Shown: piece by piece, positions 61,637 to 64,000 of the stretch
Layout of the letters: the number at the start of each line of letters is the position of its first letter
Numbering within the stretch: position 1 is the first letter of the stretch
Assembly (NCBI GenBank): GCA_001600815.1
Contig: BCKZ01000001.1
Coordinates: 1,273,389-1,337,388, forward strand
Origin: Alloascoidea hylecoeti
Lineage: Eukaryota
DNA length: 64,000 nt
Reading direction: 5' to 3'
Translations under genes and position numbers: made by a program
The notes under the pieces: generated by a model
Databases searched by the model: none
Told to the model about the DNA's origin: nothing
Seen by the model: only the letters and a program-made list of their open reading frames with translations

Positions 61637-63337
61637 ACTGGCTTGTTGCTTACATAATGATAGAAAATTCAATCTAAAATCAACTATTAAATATACAGAT
61701 TTAGAAAAGTATAGAATCATATTTTTGTTTTGGATGTTTTTCTCATTTTACTATACATACTACATATTAATAAAATATTAATGATAATGACCTAATGATA
61801 TTTGATTCTGGAGCCTGTAAGAATCAGCTCACAGCATAAATTTGATACCGATATCTACAATGTATTGTGGATGATAATTCAAATGATACAATGACTTTAT
61901 ATGTAATATGATACGCATACAATTGCAATATTAATCCAAGCCTATAAATGAGTCCATATCACTAGATACTACGTACAGTACTAGTCATTGAGTCTTGATC
62001 TACGGAATATTGTCCCATATTTCTTGGCCATTGTCTGAGTCAGCTCTCAAGATGATAATTGCTTTTGTCTTAATTTGTTGAATAACAGCGCTGTATGTTA
62101 TAACTATAATTTGTTAATAACCACTACATTGAATCAGCGGTAGATAAGATAGCTATTGCTTGATATTAGTTAGCGCGTTATATATTTAGGATATTTTTAA
62201 ATTAATATATTTGTGGGTACAGTAGTCTTTACAATTGGATATCAAGGTCTAGGCATAAAATATATAAAGATAAAATAAATTTGGTGGTGGGTTTGGGAAT
62301 ATGCATAATTATAGTATACCGTGGGTTGAAAATTGAAATCGATGATTCTGAGAAATTCGCCAGACCCGCAGATATCTTGCATCAAAATCTTCAAATTTTA
62401 GCGTATCTCATGTTCATGGCCAATCATAATGAACTTGCACGGTAAACGTGGTTGAAGAAATAACCATCGTATAGATCCAATTTTATGCAAGTAATGCTTT
62501 ATAATGGTTTTACATATGCCTTGCCCTTGGACGTCGTTTAGTACCGCGATTCTAAATAATTTCGACCATTCTGGTACTAATTAACAGCCATCCATTAATC
62601 AACTTTTGGCTTTATTAACGGTATGACCGGTGAATACAACTTCGTGTGCCAAACCTGGGCGAAATTTAGTTATGAGGATGGTTTATAATTAATAATAATA
62701 ATGGGCTAAATTAAGTGGAATAACAGTATTATTATTTAGTTAGGGTGTAAGTTTTTACTGCAACTCTACAATGCCAATGGTCCTAAAGCTGCTTTACCTA
62801 TTACTTCTTTGAGATCGTTGATTTTTGTTGCGGCGTATAAAAAAGTAATAGTCTTCTTCTCTACTAGAAGTTGATCAAAATCTCCAGGTTGTCTAGCTAT
62901 AAGGAAACCTCATCGTTTTATAATGCTCGCGATGGTACGTCAATACAAATAGAAAAAAGTTACTTCCATAATTTGTGATTTTAATACTAAGAAATAATCT
63001 AGTTGTAATATTGAGTGCCAATGAGCGGTTAATCCTTTCATTAACTACAAACTTATAACTTGGTCTTAAATATAGGCCAGTCGATGCTGATGATGAGCAT
63101 TGCACTATCATGATGCCATAAGGCTTATATAGTTTCAACCACATCTAGATCTTGGATTAAGTACAAGTTTTCGTCACTATAATTTAGAAAAATGACTCTA
63201 CAAATCACTTTACAATTGGCATACTAGATATTCCATACTACAGTAAATGATCAATCTATGAAGTACAATGAGTAGATTATAATGACATTAAATAACAGGA
63301 CTTGAGCTTTTTATATCACCACACCGTTATATATTAT

Positions 63338-63759
63338 TTAGATATATCCAATCTTGTTAGCAACATCCAAAGCATCGTAATCAGCAGCTAATCTGACATA
63401 AGCTTTCTTGGTACCATTTGGTCTGATTAAAGTGTTAACTTTCTCGGCTTCAACATCGTACAATTTCTTCAAAGCATTTTTGATTTGATGTTTGTTGGCT
63501 CTGATGTTGACAATAAAGACCAAAGTGTTGGCATCTTCAACTTTCTTCATTGCTGTTTCTGATGTTAAAGGTTCAATAATGACTTTAAATTCATCTAAAC
63601 GGTTATAATGTGGGACACTCTTGCGGGCATACTTTGGAGCACGAGCTAACTGAAGAGTTTTTGGTCTTCGGAAAGATGTTGAGGTACGTGTCTTAAGAAC
63701 CTTTTTGGAGTGGATACCCTTAAGAGTGGCTTTCTTGGCGTTCAAAGCTTTGGTGGATG
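63338..63759 (-). CDS. RPL25: 60S ribosomal protein uL23 (Rpl25), last exon; exon 1 lies beyond the window
   Basis: [62 protein letters not shown]. Preceded on the minus strand by TACTAAC..TAG (acceptor at 63760-63762). The ORF-track N-terminus is intron sequence. Confidence 0.95.
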
Positions 63760-64000
63760 CTATTGAAAAGTTAGTATTATATTCTTTTAAATATGAATAC
63801 GAAATGAATGAAGATATAATGATAAGATTGTGATGATTTCTAGAGTATTTGAAAAAGTGCAAAAGATTAAGCATGTCCATTCAGCGGCAATCACAATGAA
63901 TAGTCGTAACATTATTTTGAAGATGGTATTGTCTGCTACTTCACTTGCTGCTGTTTAATTTTTTTCAGACCCAAATTGACTGCAATTCTTCCCACACCAA

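Noticed and set aside
63880..63970. C/D snoRNA in the RPL25 intron (10-nt complement to 18S AGTCGTAACA, CTGA boxes)
   Set aside because: No RTGATGA C box on the transcribed strand within the window, and the complement is not adjacent to a D box. An Rfam or snoscan search would be needed.

Overview
AT-rich budding-yeast (Saccharomycotina-like) nuclear DNA from a draft assembly (scattered N bases at 15.4-17.1 kb). CTG falls at conserved Leu positions, so the standard code applies. Short spliceosomal introns (GTATGT/GTAAGT donors, CTAAC branch points) split many genes, so several ORF-track entries are exon fragments. Fifteen genes were found or reconstructed, in order: SEC12-like (repetitive lumenal tail, altered K-loop), an uncharacterised low-complexity protein, DYN1, a PPR-like mitochondrial protein, PSH1, GAP1-like permease, SOK1, DSF2, an ITR transporter, COQ1, RER2, a greatly extended and diverged YRB1-like gene, NTH1, MDH2-like and partial RPL25. 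Main points: (1) a decayed Ty3/gypsy reverse-transcriptase relic at about 31.1-31.75 kb that the ORF track misses; (2) SOK1-DSF2-COQ1-RER2-YRB1-NTH1 match in order and orientation the genes flanking S. cerevisiae CEN2/CEN4, and sit among 4-7 kb gene-free AT-rich gaps, which makes this a candidate (peri)centromeric region; (3) a 661-aa Ran-binding protein at the YRB1 locus; (4) two introns that need AAG acceptors. No new multi-gene system is demonstrated from sequence alone.
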